Shown piece after piece: positions 38,254 to 50,599 of a stretch of 64,000 bases of DNA. The notes under the pieces are model-generated. The model made no database searches. It saw only the letters and a list, made by a program, of their open reading frames with translations, and was not told the DNA's origin. This DNA is from Macrostomum lignano (Eukaryota): NCBI GenBank assembly GCA_002269645.1, contig NIVC01000861.1:62001-126000 (forward strand), given 5' to 3'. The translations under genes and the position numbers were made by a program. Numbering within the stretch: position 1 is the first letter of the stretch; every line of letters starts with the position of its first letter.

Positions 38254-38956
38254 TTCATAATCTGTAAACAATTGAATATATTATCAATTATTATAATATA
38301 TAATAATATAATAATAGGGGGGATAATAAATAATAATTTATGAAACAACTAATTAGGAACAAACTTAATATAAATAAAAAATTCTAAAACTTCTTTCTAT
38401 AGACAATAATCTCTAGGATATTCTTTGATATCTAATTTAGGGATAGGCCCAAAAATAATATATACCATTACCTTTTAGAAAGGAAAAATAATTTAGAATA
38501 CATTTATTGCCTAGTAAAGCAATGCTTTTTAAGGGTATGCTTAAGCCTAGGTAAAGCCTATAAAATTAAGTGAAAGATTACATTTTTATTAAATAAGAAA
38601 AGCTACAAATATTGAAAAGTTACAAATAGCAACTCTGTATTATAAAAGGGAACAGGGTTACCCCTTGATGCCTGCCTGTATTGACCATTAAGTGATAAGA
38701 TAACAAAAAAATTAAAAATATGAGTTTCTGCTCCATAAAATGTAGTTTCCATACTCATGGTCCCTCTAGCTCTATTCTATAGTAGCATACAATATATAAC
38801 AACAACAAAAAACTACAGCAACCCTGGGCAAGCCAATATACAATATACATGATACCTCTAAATAAAACTATTGCAGATTGGTTCTACACTAAAAACATAT
38901 CATTTACTCAAGTAGTACACTTTAAAAAGTAAAAAATAAGCTTTCAGATATGGATT

Positions 38957-39146
38957 CACAAGCGGATCCAGGATTTTTGAAGTAGTCGCGGTCGTCGCGC
39001 CGGTCGGCGTATTGGCCCAGCGGTTTGAATTGGCCCAAAAAAGCCCCCACATAAGCCCAAAATTACAATGTCAGCTTAAATGCAAGTCCAGCCACGGCAA
39101 AAGAGCTGGGACGGGACTAGGATGCCTCCCCTTGGATTTGTCACTG
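38957..39146. mobile_element. Degenerate hAT-type MITE, 190 bp
   Basis: 8-bp TSD TATGGATT (38949-56) / TATAGATT (39147-54). Decayed TIRs CACAAGCGGATCCAGG / CCTTGGATTTGTCACTG. Confidence 0.65.
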
Positions 39147-39697
39147 TATAGATTAACATAAGAAGAATTGTTAGAAAAACGTAAAATCGCAGTTAACTCA
39201 GCTTGAGCTCGTTTCTTAGATTATACGACTTTTAAATTTCCACTAAAGCTCTCTTCGTCTCGAGTCAAATGAAATCATTCCGTGAAGTTGTGTGTAACGT
39301 ACACGCAAAATGAGAAGTGCATTTGATGTCCATTTCATTATAGTTATAACTGTCTTAGTTAATTTCTTAGGTACCCATAGAACCCTAGAAAGAGAGATGT
39401 TCAGTTAGCTGAAGATAATCAGTATATTTATTGCTTTTTAATTCGTTGGAACATGCTGATGTTGCTTGTTGGAACTGCCTTATTTAAGCTTATCAATTAC
39501 TCATAAACGCAGGGACTACTTAAACTTAAACCACTTAATTTTAAGTGGTCCCTGCTTGTATACTTACATTTTTTAAATATTTTATATATGATCATTTCGA
39601 CCTACCTAAATCTTATACGAAGACGACGCGTTTTGTGTATTTACGCAATTTCTCACTCAGCCGTTCTTTTTAGTGGAGTTATAATTTTGTATCGTGA

Positions 39698-40054
39698 CAG
39701 CAGAAGCGTCTCCATAGATTTTGGTGGGGGGTCAAAGGCACAAATTCCACATGTACATGCAGTACATGACAAATTCCTATGTGTACATTAATTTCGTATT
39801 TTGAGAATCTGTGTTAGTCAACGCTCATTTTGGCGCCGCACAGGCACTCATTTTTAGCGACGCAGCTAGCACTCCGGTTTGCTCCGCAGGCACTCATTTT
39901 GATGTTGCAGGCCCTACGTATTGTCGACAGCCTGAAGCAAAATTATTGATTTCCATACCAGCCGGGTCACAATGTATATAGGGTCATTTTGTAATTGTCG
40001 TGGCAATGTCCCATAACTAGCTTTAAACTGGGCGGGGGGCATGCGACGCCCCTG
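39698..40054. mobile_element. Old hAT-type MITE, same family as 42748-43938, with only about 3 degenerate 21-bp units
   Basis: Shares ACATGTACATG..GAC.AAATTCCTA, GCACTCATTTT.GCGCCGCA, GCAAAATTAT.GATTTCCATA and the terminal GCGACGCCCCTG with the 42748 element. TSD only 6/8. Confidence 0.75.
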
Positions 40055-40199
40055 GATCGTCATAATGAGCTGAGTAATTAATCATGAAGTTACATGAAAA
40101 TACTAATCTCGCTCTTATGTATTGCACAGTAGTACACCAATATGCATGCATGTACATCGCGCGCGTAGTTCCAGCACAGTAAGCACCATTGCTTCATCG

Positions 40200-41050
40200 G
40201 CAGGTCACCGCAGGGTCCTTCTAGGCAGAGCCAGGTCCCCAAACTCAATCGCTTTGAGAACTATACGTCTGCTCTGCAACTCTAGCTGGGGTACCAGAAA
40301 GATTTTGCCCTTTTTCCTCGGGCTATATGCTGTCCTCGATCGTCGGATTGGACCGGCTGGAAATCGTTGCGGCGATCGTGTCGGCGGTCAACACGCAGAA
40401 GACTGTCATGCTCTGTGTGTCAGGCGACAAAGAGGCTGCTATATTTTCTGCCGAGGCGAGGACGGGCAGGTGAGGAAGGCGCTGAAGGGCACTGTCAGCA
40501 GTTTATCTACCTCGGCAGTCTATAATACCTGACAGTTCGCAAGGATCTGCGACGTCGCCGCGCGAACTTGCTTGCATGGGCTGCCTAGCCTTCCGTTCCG
40601 TGAGGGCTGTCCTGCAGTCCGAGGCAGCCTGCCTGACCGCCAGAGGGCCGCGCTGTTCCAGGCGGTGATCGAGACCGTCCTGTTGTACAACGCCGAGAAC
40701 TGGACGCTGACGATCGACGGACTCGCTCGAACCGCAGGTCGATGCGGCACACATACGCTGGCCTGCTGCACACCGCCTTCAAGATCGGCTACGAGCACGT
40801 CACCAATGCGGCACTCTAGCGCCGCACCGACCTGTCCCGTACCAGCAAACTGTTGCGACGTCGTCGACTCCCGCTATGCAGGCCATATCATCCGGTGGCT
40901 GCTACTAATGCTGCAGGCATCATACCGGCGAGGACAGTCGCGCACTCGGCGCTTCATCTATCCTGACCGATTGGCTGATGCTGGCGCCATCGGACACTAC
41001 TGCCGGCGGTGCGGCCTACACGTTCGCGCCCAAGCTGATCGAAAAGCGCC
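40200..41050 (+). mobile_element. Decayed non-LTR retrotransposon ORF2 3' fragment (RTE-like)
   Basis: RAALFQAVIETVLLYNAENWTLT, then in shifted frames AFKIGYEHVTNAAL.RRTDL...LLRRRRLRYAGHIIR. This matches the post-RT LLY..E.W ... L...GH region of RTE/L2-type LINEs. Multiple frameshifts and stops. Confidence 0.7.
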
Positions 41051-41626
41051 CTGTGATCGACATTGTCTTGCCTTTCTGACTCGCTTGACTGGCTGAAACG
41101 TAGCTTTTGAATTGTCTTCCTATGATGCGTAGAGAATTGCTTGCCATAGCCTTTCCATGGGGCGCTCCATGCGATGTTGCTACGATTTTTGAACAAATTG
41201 TGACAGCGTAATTTGTTTTAAATTTACTGCAAATGTTTGCCTTAATTTGATTGCCGTCGGTGCTGGGAAATTACAGAAAACTATCAGCTGGTGCTAGCGT
41301 AATGCATGCGTCAAGGAGTATAATAACAAAAATAACATAAATTAACGTTACACCCACATGTAGCTCGTAGTTGAGATGCATACGAAATTCAAGATAATTA
41401 GTCAGCTTTAAAAATCGAAGCTACGAGTCTTATGATCAGTGAAATGAGCTCGCGACTCATGTCAATACAAGAAAATAACTTTTTTCTTTTATTGGAATCG
41501 ATTTATTATGATCCAAAAACAGTTTTCTTGAATAGCATCAAAGTAAAAGGAAAATGGAATGGTTCACAAAATCAAAAACTAAACATGAAAGCCTGTTTTA
41601 TCCGACATTCGTCATGGACTTCTACT

Positions 41627-42226
41627 TCAATTTTTTTTCGCTAGTAGCCTGCGTCTCATTGGCCTCGGCGGCAACCGACGCCAAAACACTCGACGAACGA
41701 GTAAGGTCCGCCGGATAGTGACCCACTTGCACTCGCGCTTGCGACCGCTTTTGGTGACCCAACGCTGAAATGCCGGACAGCCTTTACAGCCGCGTTTCCA
41801 TTCGGAGTTGACGACTTTCACTGACAAATTGCTGGAAACTGAACGCCACATGCCGCTCGATCTGCCTATGGTTAGCCGGTGCCATTCGAAGGAGTTTGGA
41901 TTTCCAGCATGGGGTCGCCCATTGTTTCGAAATTCTTCCCTTTTCTCAAAGTGCTTGTGCCGGCTGGTGCACTCGGACAGTGCGCTGCTGATCTGCTTCA
42001 ACGACTGCACAGTTTGTCCAGCGCCAACGGCAACTGCGATTACTTTCGTCTCTTTGTACGACACGTGAGTTTGCTTCTGTACAACGGTGGTGCTAGTTGT
42101 TTGAATGTAATTCCTCTGACTGCGCGTGATGTTTGAAGCCGGCGGTTCGCCCTCCTTGCGCATTAGCTGATAGTACTGTTTAAGATGGTCTCCAGTCAGT
42201 AGCGCGAATTCGTTCATATTGTGCAA
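41627..42226 (-). CDS. Hypothetical basic 199-aa ORF, unknown
   Basis: ATG-initiated non-repetitive ORF; no recognisable motif. Confidence 0.25.
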   Translation of the reverse strand: MHNMNEFALLTGDHLKQYYQLMRKEGEPPASNITRSQRNYIQTTSTTVVQKQTHVSYKETKVIAVAVGAGQTVQSLKQISSALSECTSRHKHFEKREEFRNNGRPHAGNPNSFEWHRLTIGRSSGMWRSVSSNLSVKVVNSEWKRGCKGCPAFQRWVTKSGRKRECKWVTIRRTLLVRRVFWRRLPPRPMRRRLLAKKN

Positions 42227-42747
42227 GTGAAAGCCGAGGAACTCCCTGCAGACGTATTTTTAATGATAGAAATCAGTCGTCAGATCAATATTTTTCTTGC
42301 CTACATACCTGCGCGCGTACCAAACCCAACCGATCTCAGTAAATTAGATTATGGGCCCGTTCTATTAAGCCATCATAAGATAAGATCGTTCTTAGCTCAT
42401 ATCTCAGCAGTGTAGCTCATTCCAACGCACGATCGAACTTACGCTACGACAGCTTTATAGAACGACCCCTATAGCAGCAGCGAACAGATTTTGATATAGA
42501 GACTATGACGACCTACCGACCTACCGACCGAAATAAACAGTATTTACTTATCCATGTACCATTATATGTGTACCAAGACTTCATAGGGAGTTGCTGAGAT
42601 ACTCTAGATCAATGTAGAATGCTGTTATACTAAGCGTAAGGAACGATAGGGAGGGGGGCAAAGCTCAAGGAAACATTTTAAGTCAGCTGGGATAACAAAG
42701 CTCGAATAGGGTACTAATTTATCGGCTATTAAGATTGATATCAGGGG

Positions 42748-43938
42748 CAGGCGCGTCGCCATGGATTTTATGGTGCGGGGGACAAAGCCAACAATTATGC
42801 ATGTACATGTACATGACTAAATTCCTACATATACATTATTTTCAGAATCGGTGTTGTCAGCACTCATTTTAGCGCCACAAGCATTCATTTTAGCGCCACA
42901 GGCACTCATTTTAGCGCCACAGGCACTCATTTTAGCGCCGCAGGCACCCATTTTAGCGCCGCAGGCACTCATTTTAGCGCCGCAGGCACTCATTTTAGCG
43001 CCACAGGCACTCATTTTAGCGCCACAGGCACTCATTTTAGCGCCGCAGGCACTCATTTTAGCGCCACAGGCACTCATTTTAGCGCCACAGGCACTCATTT
43101 TAGCGCCGCAGGCACTCATTTTAGCGCCGCAGGCACTCATTTTAGCGCCGCAGGCACTCATTTTAGCGCCGCAGGCACTCATTTTAGCGCCGCAGGCACT
43201 CATTTTAGCGCCGCAGGCACTCATTTTAGCGCCGCAGGCACTCATTTTAGCGCCACAGGCACTCATTTTAGCGCCGCAGGCACTCATTTTAGCGCCACAG
43301 GCACTCATTTTAGCGCCACAGGCACTCATTTTAGCGCCGCAGGCACTCATTTTAGCGCCGCAGGCACTCATTTTAGCGCCGCAGGCACTCATTTTAGCGC
43401 CACAGGCACTCATTTTAGCGCCGCAGGCACTCATTTTAGCGCCGCAGGCACTCATTTTAGCGCCGCAGGCACTCATTTTAGCGCCGCAGGCACTCATTTT
43501 AGCGCCGCAGGCACTCATTTTAGCGCCGCAGGCACTCATTTTAGCGCCGCAGGCACTCATTTTAGCGCCGCAGGCACTCATTTTAGCGCCGCAGGCACTC
43601 ATTTTAGCGCCGCAGGCACTCATTTTAGCGCCGCAGGCACTCATTTTAGCGCCGCAGGCACTCATTTTAGCGCCGCAGGCACTCATTTTAGCGCCACAGG
43701 CACTCATTTTAGCGCCGCAGGCACTCATTTTAGCGCCGCAGGCACTCATTTTAGCGCCGCAGGCACTCATTTTAGCGCCACAGGCGCTATGTTTTGTCGC
43801 TCTGCAGCAAAATTATAGATTTCCATAACGGATTACAAGGTATGGGGTGGGGGGGGACAAAGCATTGGCATGTCCCCCCAGATCTTTTACTGGGGGGGGG
43901 ACATGTCCCCCCTGTCCCCCCCGTTGGCGACGCCCCTG
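42748..43938. mobile_element. hAT-type non-autonomous element carrying about 43 copies of a 21-bp unit (GGCACTCATTTTAGCGCCRCA)
   Basis: TIRs CAGGCGCGTCGCCA / TGGCGACGCCCCTG. Perfect 8-bp TSD ATCAGGGG (42740-47, 43939-46). Confidence 0.9.
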
Positions 43939-44069
43939 ATCAGGGGTGATGCTTTCCTGTTTACAACGTCTCATACACTATAGACTAACACTAATTGTAT
44001 AAAGCTATTCTTCTTCTGTTGCTTTCTCTGCAACTGGCGACATTAATTGCTAGTAAAGTCAGGAATCAC

Positions 44070-44825
44070 TCACTGATAGTTCTTTAGAAACTCCTCGGAA
44101 TGCATGTCGGCATCCTTTTCAACCGGTGCTGTAAAGGAAAACTGAGTGAACGGTATTCGACTAGACTCCCACCACTGATCCGTAGGTACAGTCATCTGGA
44201 ACAGATTCGAATAGAAGCTTAGCATCCACGAGTACACAGCCTCCGGGTCGCAAGGTGCGTCGGGATTTAGCAGATCCTTGGATAGCAGGTCCTCTTTGAA
44301 TTGCTGCCAGAGCTCTAGGCAAGACCAGGACTCGCCAAATTTCTTCTCTAACTTGCAGTACTCTGAGTACAGAACGCACAGGATGAAGTGCCCGCAGCCG
44401 AGCACTCGTCTCACAGATAGTCGAGTTCGATTCATAAACGAGTGCGCATCGGCAAACTGTCTCTCCTCGCCTTCATTCTCCATGAAGTCGTGGTAAAACG
44501 GTCGAAAATCGGGGTTATCAGGATCGCGAAAAGAGTTAACCTTAGCGGCAAATGTAGTCATTATGTAGCGTTCCATGGTGTGCAAAGGCACAACTGCGTC
44601 TTGTCCAGTGTGCCAGTTGTGAACATAGTGCATGCACTGCTCGCGGTCTTCTTCGCCCATTCTGACAGCAGTGTATACGCTGAGTGATGTCCAAGATTCG
44701 TTTGATAAAGAAGATCTGCTGCTGCTGCTAGCATGGAAACGAGAACTTGAACGAACGAACAATTGGGGAAGCTTCACGCTCGTATCGATCAGATAGATTT
44801 CTTTCCATCGAGCATTTAGTTCCAT
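44070..44825 (-). CDS. Hypothetical 251-aa ORF of globular composition, unknown; probably part of a decayed larger coding unit
   Basis: Non-repetitive ORF with protein-like composition from about MGEEDREQC onward. Broken frames continue upstream to about 45430. Confidence 0.35.
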   Translation of the reverse strand: MELNARWKEIYLIDTSVKLPQLFVRSSSRFHASSSSRSSLSNESWTSLSVYTAVRMGEEDREQCMHYVHNWHTGQDAVVPLHTMERYIMTTFAAKVNSFRDPDNPDFRPFYHDFMENEGEERQFADAHSFMNRTRLSVRRVLGCGHFILCVLYSEYCKLEKKFGESWSCLELWQQFKEDLLSKDLLNPDAPCDPEAVYSWMLSFYSNLFQMTVPTDQWWESSRIPFTQFSFTAPVEKDADMHSEEFLKNYQ

Positions 44826-45435
44826 GGCAGGCAGAGAAGTGTCCCCAACAGTGCCCTAATTGTCTATGGTACTCCGATAACTCGATTGCAACAAAGAAAG
44901 CTTCTGTATTTCTTTTAGGCAGGATGGTTATAGTTGACAAGATCTAAAGCAATATATTCGGTGCACATGTTTCATGATGTTGATGAGGACGCACTTTTTT
45001 TCCAAATCCCGCGCTAGCACATGGGCTCTAAACTTACTAGCCTACTAACAGTGGGCAATGGGCATTCTTATCCTTTTTCTGCGAATTGTCATAGAATCTA
45101 TACTAGATATAATGTTTGGTCATACTAGTAGTCATAATAACATAGGCGCAGCTTTTGGGTCATAAATCATCGCTTTCGAAGCTGGTCTGACAGCCACCTG
45201 CGCCTCACTCAGTGTTGAGGCGGGCGCCAGATGGTCTGAGGGGATGCGAATGATAGCTTTTTTCTCATCATTTTTGACAGGCCATCAGATTTATGAGGTC
45301 AGAGCCTATTGTTCGGATTCACTCAAGCGTGTGACAGTTTTGACAGCTATGCGTTTTACCCCTAAAAGTACTTTGGGATTAGCGATTAGCGATTTCTCTT
45401 CATTATCTTCACTTTCTATTTTAATAAGAGCTTTG

Positions 45436-45614
45436 CAGGGACTACTCAAACACCGGGACGGGAAACTAAAATTTTTTACGAGGCTGGCTGGCAATTATTT
45501 TCATTAGAGAGATGCTGTGTTACTTTGTTGTCTATGGTTATTTTCTACTGCTGATGATAGACCAGCCTCGTAAAAAATTCCTAGTTTCCCGTCCCGGTGT
45601 TTGAGTAGTCCCTG
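45436..45614. mobile_element. Young hAT-type MITE, 179 bp, ~52-bp TIRs
   Basis: CAGGGACTACTCAAACACCGGGACGGGAAACTA... and its inverse. Perfect 8-bp TSD GAGCTTTG (45428-35, 45615-22). Confidence 0.93.
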
Positions 45615-45782
45615 GAGCTTTGTAATGTATATTTTTTCATTCATTTTTGTCAATTCTACGCGAAAAGTCATAAATCATTTTTTTGCGATTTTGTGTGATT
45701 TATGACCGCACCTGTCATCTTTTTACAACCCTGTGGGAACTGATAGGATCTCCCGGTCACGCGATTCTGGGTGGCAACAAGT

Positions 45783-45888
45783 TCAGCCAATCAGAAAATT
45801 CGACGCTCATTTTAACAAATCGGCTCAGCCAATCAGAATCGACGTGCTCCATTATCACAAACTGCGGTCCAGTTGGCGGCTATTTAAA
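45783..45888 (+). promoter_or_regulatory. Promoter-like module: two TCAGCCAATCAGAA CCAAT boxes 42 bp apart and TATTTAAA
   Basis: Boxes at 45783-96 and 45825-38; TATA-like element at 45881-88. No gene identified downstream. Confidence 0.45.
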
Positions 45889-47728
45889 CCGGTGTTTTTG
45901 GCCCGCTCGGACTTCGACCGGTTCAACCCCTGCAAACCCTTCCTGGAGACCGGCCAGGAACTTGCTCTCTCTCTGACCGTCGTTTCTTGATCCCCGGATT
46001 GCAACTCCCCCACCATCACCAAGGACGAATTACCCCCGGTCATCAACAGTGAACATCAAAGTCGAGAGCATCACCTGCTAGCTATCTGCGAAGGTTGTGA
46101 CATCAGCATCATCCCGGGTCTACAGCTGCGAAGCACTGAGCCGATTCGGTCACTGTGGATTACCTGGTCTCCGGCTGTTGAGTTTCTGATTGGTTGGGTG
46201 AGAGGCTACCTAGACTTGCTTGATTGGGTGATCCCCTATCTGTCCCCTATTTCAGTAGCTGGATTAGGCGCACACTTTTGCTCATTTTGTTCAGTAGTGC
46301 TGTTGCTGAGGCAGAAGTCATTCAATAATACTGCTAGTAGTCTTGAAACTCCAATTCAATCTGAAGTTTGAAGTGATCTAAGGAGCAGGTTAAATCTAAT
46401 AGTTATTCTCATCGGTTTTATTTCTTTGTTCGCCGATGACTCAGATGGATAGCTAAGCTAGTAGGCGCCGGTCACAATGGACCAATGGCAAGGCAGTTCT
46501 CAGTCGATCAATCTATCAAATCAGTTAGCGAAATTGCCAATAGTGCAAAATCGTCGCCAGATATGTACTTTGTGCACTCTAGATTCGCCAAGCGGCTCGG
46601 GTAATGAATCATGCGATCTCTGAAGTTCGAGTTAGTCTATCATCAGCGCTAGGAGAGGCTGGTTGGCGCGTTGAAGGCCAAAAGTACAATTCCTCGTATT
46701 TAGCAATGTAAGTACATACCCCATAGTCTTGCCACTGCAAGAATCCCCTGCACAAGTCCCCTCTGTACCTGCATGGCCAATGCGATCTAGTCCCAGCAGT
46801 GTCCCTTATCATCGGCTATGACTTCGAGATAGACACCAAAAAGACACTAGTTGGCAGGTAAGTGCAAAGCCCCTTCTAGTCGGAAGCCCGATTTCGAGAG
46901 TCCCGGTGTGGTGAGCCAGGGCGTACAGCGAGTGGCAGCGAGTTAGCTAACCTGCGGGTTAACTAATTTCTACCTTCAAAATTCTCCCTGCTTGTCTCTC
47001 GCTGTCCCTCTCTTAGCTATAGGACCTAGACTGCTCGCCACACGATCAAGCTAGTCTGCATCATAAATGCTGCATGCAGCAGATTACCAGGTGCGAAAAT
47101 TTCCACCAACTGATGACAGCGGAAGTGGCCAAACATCAGCTGAAACGCATCGAACATGTAAAGCCTGCTGAGAGAGCACTGTTGTGCGGTGATGGCCGCT
47201 CGAGCAGCAGTCTAAGTGACATCTAATAGCTGGCCTTTCGACATCGAAAGAGCTATATTATGATCAGTTAATTGCAACAGTTTTTCGGACTGTTAATGCC
47301 ATATTAGTTTGATCATTAGTGCATTTATCCTACCAGCAACCCAATTAATCAAAATAGCTGGGATTCCATGCACATGTGCATATGGCAGGACATACCATTT
47401 GGTTAAATACATGTAAATATTTTCGTTCAACACTGCAGATTACTGCATGCAGAAATGTTGCAGAATAAAATCCTACAGTTGGTATACATTTTTATATCAA
47501 CTCATGCAATATATTAAACCGCGTTTAAAATTTCATGACTTCCCATAATTTCTAGACGTGTACAGTAGAAGGTTGGTCATGCATTATGCTCCATAAAATG
47601 ATGACATGGGTTATGACGACGTTCTTTCTCAGGCAATTTTCCCTTTGACATTGCCTCTTAGCGGCCCTGCCTTGTCTTTGCCCATGCATCGATCATGCAT
47701 GTCAATTCGCTACCTATAAAATGGAGTC

Positions 47729-48320
47729 GGGTGGGTTTCACAAACGCGAAATTTCATAACCGCTAAAAGCACTTGCTTTCATAAACGCGAAACTTCACAA
47801 ACGCGAAACTTCACAACCGCTAAATTTTTTGCTGTCACTTTCACAAACGCGAAACTTCACAACCGCGAAACTTCACAAACGCGAAACTTCACAACCGCTA
47901 AATGTCATCTACTTTCACAACCGCGAAACTTCATAACCGCGAAACTTCACAACCGCTAAAAATTTTGCACATACTTTCATATACTGCAGTCTTTTTAGCG
48001 GTTGTGAAGTTTCGCGGTTATGAAGTTTCGCGGTTGTGAAAGTAGATGACATTTAGCGGTTGTGAAGTTTCGCGTTTGTGAAGTTTCGCGCTTATGAAAG
48101 TGGGTGATTTAGCGGTTGTGAAGTTTCGCGTTTGTGAAGTTTCGCGTTTATGAAAGTGACTGCAAAAAAATTAGCGGTTGTGAAGTTTCGCGGTTATGAA
48201 GTTTCGCGGTTGTGAAAGTAGGTGATTTAGCGGTTGTGAAGTTTCGCGGTTATGAAGTTTCGCGGTTGTGAAAGTAAATGATTTAGCGGTTGTGAAATTT
48301 CGCGTTTGTGAAAGCAACCC
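47729..48320. mobile_element. Foldback-type TIR element, 592 bp, built of inverted ~16-bp subrepeats (AACCGCGAAACTTCAC); Merlin-like ends
   Basis: Ends GGGTGGGTTTCACAAACGCGAAATTT / AAATTTCGCGTTTGTGAAAGCAACCC. Perfect 8-bp TSD ATGGAGTC (47721-28, 48321-28). Confidence 0.88.
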
Positions 48321-50599
48321 ATGGAGTCATCCACAGTGCATGGAACCCAGCGGCATGTGTAAAGAATAAAGCACTGGGCACTATCTTTGACCATTCAGCT
48401 CTCTGCAGTTTATCCAGTTCACTCCAGCCTGTATAACTCAGCAGAAGAAAACTCCAGTATCTACGGCTATTTGTTAAAATTGCCTGTATCTACTTCACAG
48501 AAACCTGCACGATTTCAAACAGCACGCTTGATATCAGCAAGTTTAAATTAGCACGGATCACATCACTCACTGAACCCATGGCTATGCAAAAAAATTATCT
48601 CATTTTTAATGGGATCTCAAGAATGTTTCACTTTTGAGTTCGACATGGATGTCAAATCCGATTCCGAATCAAGCCCTGTTTCTAGCGTTTTTATTCACCG
48701 ACTTTTGACTGACTCTGAATTTTGACCAGGCCCCCACTCATGACTCATGTCCTGTCCGATGGGCGATGTCCGTCTCCGAGTCCGATGTGTTACAGGTGTA
48801 GTTGTTGCTAGTTACCATTAACCACTAGCTACTAGTTGCTATTTGACTTACAAAAATGGTAATATTTTCTTAGAACAAAATATGAGCCCTACTGCAGATG
48901 TACATTTGACCATATTGATTATTTACATGGATAGGCAACTGATAAGCCTACATAACTCATGATAACTGAGCTTTTAAATTTAGACTTCATAAAGCGTTAA
49001 AATAGGCTATGTTTGTTAATTTAACGAGGTTTTTGCAACAATCCAATAGCATCACGCATCACTCAAAACTTCAGTTGCTCATTGTCACTGTCTGTAGACT
49101 GTAGCTTAAAAAAGTTCACTAAATCCACATAGGCGCTAGGCCATAGGGGGCACCACCATGCTGCTGTCATGGCATAAATAAAGTTGTATGAAACAGTCAA
49201 TTGAAACTATATTTATTAGGTGTAGGGGACAGCCTATTAAGTTAGGCCCTTATTATTTATTAACCATAGTAAATATTAGCTAGTAAGGCCTAAGCTAGGC
49301 GGCCTAGGCCCAATAAGTTATGTCTCTAAAGGCTATGCAATTTGATTTTTAAATTTATTTAAATATATTTATTTGATTTTACTTAGGCCTAGTTAAAGAA
49401 ACTATGTATAAGCCTATTTATTTTTAAATGAATCAATTGCCAGAAAAAAACTAGGGATATGGAAAGTTTCATTTCTAATACTTGGAATAAAGGTTTTTAA
49501 GAAGGATACTAAGAAATTTATTATCTAATTCTAAACTAGAGTTAACTATTGACTATTCTAGACTATTGTCATTTATTTATATAATGAAAAAGATTCTAAA
49601 TTTTTTTATTCAAATGCAAAAAATCGCAAGAGTAAGCCAACACAAGTTTTTTATTATTAGGCCCTAACTTGATTAGGCTGGGCCTATCTAATCCAATTAT
49701 ACAACTCTATAAAATAGTCTATATATATAATATAGCTAGCTTTAAGCCAGGATAGAATTTTTGTATATAATCCTGCTCCTAAAGGTGGACCCCCCTATCT
49801 ACGCTTTTTGGTGCCCTAGTTTGCATTTTGGTGCCTAGATTTTAAAGCAGAATTTGACAATTAGAATCTATCAATAAGTAAATATAATATTTATACTTCT
49901 ATATTTAAAAAATATTGTATCATTATTATTTATTTTGTTAAGGTGACCTTCTATTTTAATTTAAAAAGTATCTCATTTCATTTAAATTTAAAATGTCTCA
50001 ATTTTTCAAGATAAAAATTATGATCATGCCATGCGGACTTTAGAAATCAATACTAAAATTGATTTGTCACATTTCATAATTTCAATCAAAATTATATATA
50101 TAGCATAATTGATGGATTATATCTTTATCTAACTAAGTCTTCTTAGCACTCATGCTTATTAAGTGCAGCCTTGTAGCCTATACAGAATATGGCAAATGTT
50201 TGCAATTAAATTAAATAGATTATTTAAGATTTAAGAAACATGCCAGTTTCAGGGGAAGTCACCAGGTTGGTACTAGAGACAGTGCTAGAATGTAGTAAGG
50301 GGGAGTGTGCTAGAAGGAGAAAGTGTTCTGCACTAGAAATTCTGCAACATTTTTAATTGGTTGAGCCATTTATTTGGCCCAACTAGATAAACTAAGCATT
50401 GGCTACAAGACCAGGACCTAAAGGGGAATAAGTATAAGTTCTTTCTTTTTCTTACCTTCTCTGGTCTCTGGCGTTGACCTCAGTTCTAGGCCTTGGCATT
50501 TCTTAATCGTTTGGTTGGTCTATTGATTTATCTAGCCTGGATGGTAATTTCTTCGGCTAAGCCAAAGAAACAACAATTGCATTGAACCATAGATGTACA

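Noticed and set aside
42817-43828. 317-aa and 325-aa ORFs (MSACGAK / LILAPQA repeats)
   Set aside because: 21-bp array inside a MITE with TIRs and TSD.
47105-47160. Hammerhead-like CTGATGA...GAAAC on the plus strand
   Set aside because: Stem II is out of register, stem III is mismatched and stem I is missing.
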